Origin: Histomonas meleagridis 2922-C6/04-290x | Taxonomy: Eukaryota; Protista; Parabasalia | Assembly: GCA_020184695.1 (NCBI GenBank) | Contig: JAANOX010000253.1 | Coordinates: forward strand, 124,001-188,000 | Direction: 5' to 3' | Length of the DNA stretch: 64,000 nucleotides | Shown here: positions 62,452 through 64,000 of the stretch, in pieces | How the letters are laid out: each line of letters opens with the position of its first letter | Numbering within the stretch: position 1 is the first letter of the stretch | The notes under the pieces: model-generated | What the model saw: only the letters and a program-made list of their open reading frames with translations | Database searches by the model: none | What the model was told of the DNA's origin: nothing | Program-made: the position numbers and the translations under genes

Positions 62452-64000
62452 TTATCCTTGTGAATCTTTTAATTTTATTATGTCGTCACATTTATGATGT
62501 TGAATTTTGTCTGCAAATAATCGAATAATTTCTACATTTTTCTTTTCTGATGCTATCATAAGCGCTGTTTTATATGTTTATAAGTAATTCCAAATGTTTA
62601 TATGAAATTTTATATTTTTTAAAAATATTTTAAATAAAACAAAAAAATATTTTTAGCATCGATATCAATATTCTCTTGTTCAAGAAGTAATTGAACTATT
62701 TCTGTATGACCATTCCAAGATGCATCCATAAGTGCTGTATAAAATAATTTAAATAATTTCCAAATATTATTTTGAAATAAGAAATTATTAAAATAAATTT
62801 TAAATAAAACAAATAAATATCTTTAGCATTTATATCAATTCCTTTTTGTTCAAGAAGTAATTTAACTATTTCTATATTACCTTTTTCAGATGCTTTCATA
62901 AGTGCTGTTCTAAATAATTTAAATAATTTCCAAATATTATATTGATATCCAAAATTATTAAAATAAATATTAAATAAAAAAAAAAAATAAACTAAATAAA
63001 CAAATATCTTTACCATTGACATCAATTCCTTCATGTCCAAGAAGTAATTTAACGACATTAATTTTTTTTTTTTTTTAATTGCACAAATAAGTGATGTGTA
63101 AAATATTTTAGATAATTTCCAATTGTAATTTTGAAACCCAAAATTATTATAATAAATTTTAAATAAAACAAATAAATATCTTTTGCATTAATATCAATTC
63201 CTTCTTGTTCAAGAAGTAATTTAACTATTTCTGTATGACCATTTTCAGATGCTAATGTAAGTGCTGTATTAAATATTTTAGTTAATTTCCAAATTTTATA
63301 TTGAAATATCAAATTATCTAAATAAATACTAAATAAAACAAATAAATATTTTTAGCATTAATATCAATTCCTTTTTGTTCAAGAAGTAATTTAACTATTT
63401 CTGTGTGACCATTTTCAGATGCACAAATAAGAGCTGTTTTAAATATATCAAATAATTCCTAAATATTATTTTGAAATTTCAAAAAATTAGCATATATTTC
63501 AAACAAAAAAAATATAATTTGTCATTAGCGTTTTGACTAGCTTTTTTTTTCGAGAAAATCATATTGAAGATTCCACTGAAACCTTTGTCAAATGCATAAT
63601 CAAGTGCTATCCAAAATATGTTAGATAACTTGCAAATATTTCTTTGAAATACCAAATTAATAAAACAAAAATAAAACAATATTATTAAATATTTTGAGTA
63701 TTTGGATCATTTTCTTCTTGATCAAGAATCATTTTTACTATTTTTTCGTTACGGTTTTTGGTTGCAATTGTAATTGCTGTATCAAATCTTGAAAATAAAT
63801 TCCAAATATTATTTTGAAACATAAAATTATTACAACAAATTTTTAATAAAGCAAATGAATATCTTTAGGACTTATATCAATTCCATGTTCAAGAAGTAAC
63901 TTAATTAATGTTATATCATTATTTTTAGCGGCTGATATAAGTACTGTTTGAAATGTTTCAAACAATTTCCAAATATTATATTAAGATATTAAAAAATCAT
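62452..64000 (-). repeat. Ankyrin cassette array 2 (at least 9 modules with the same ~80-nt insert), runs off the window end
   Basis: Module starts (minus strand) at 63947,63780,63610,63437,63267,63097,62908,62738,62568. The last module TALMIASEKKNVEIIRLFADKIQHHKCDDIIKLKDSQG ends in TAA at 62454-62452. Confidence 0.95.

Overview
Gene-dense, AT-rich, standard-code eukaryotic DNA in which no canonical spliceosomal intron was recognised. The gene content (DUF3447-like/ankyrin gene, two BEACH-WD40 genes, CK1, Rab, TOR, SAC1, CFAP58, RPL19, giant talin-like gene), short intergenic spacers, TCA(T/C)T initiator-like motifs and TAAA stop/polyA signals point to a parabasalid (Tritrichomonas/Histomonas-like) protist; this is inferred, not proven. 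The standout feature is two independent ankyrin cassette arrays (2902-6234 on +, 20 modules; 62452->64000 on -, at least 9 modules). Each 30-codon ankyrin module (TAL....GHTEIVKLLLEQKGIDINAKD) is separated from the next by a conserved ~80-nt AT-rich insert sitting exactly in the DxxGxT beta-hairpin, giving a near-exact 170-nt period. The inserts break the frame, often carry stops, and lack both conserved GT-AG ends and the parabasalid ACTAACACACAG 3' signal. The modules themselves stay open, vary at binding-surface positions and end in a C-cap with its own stop. This suggests undescribed non-canonical intron/recoding or cassette-assembly biology for a DARPin-like repertoire; the mechanism cannot be determined from DNA alone. 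Also notable: a ~6260-aa talin-like protein with five tandem FERM heads and an 8x repeated helical motif; several genes broken by single-base homopolymer indels (pseudogenes or assembly errors); and a GC-rich nested hairpin abutting a 5'-truncated BEACH gene.
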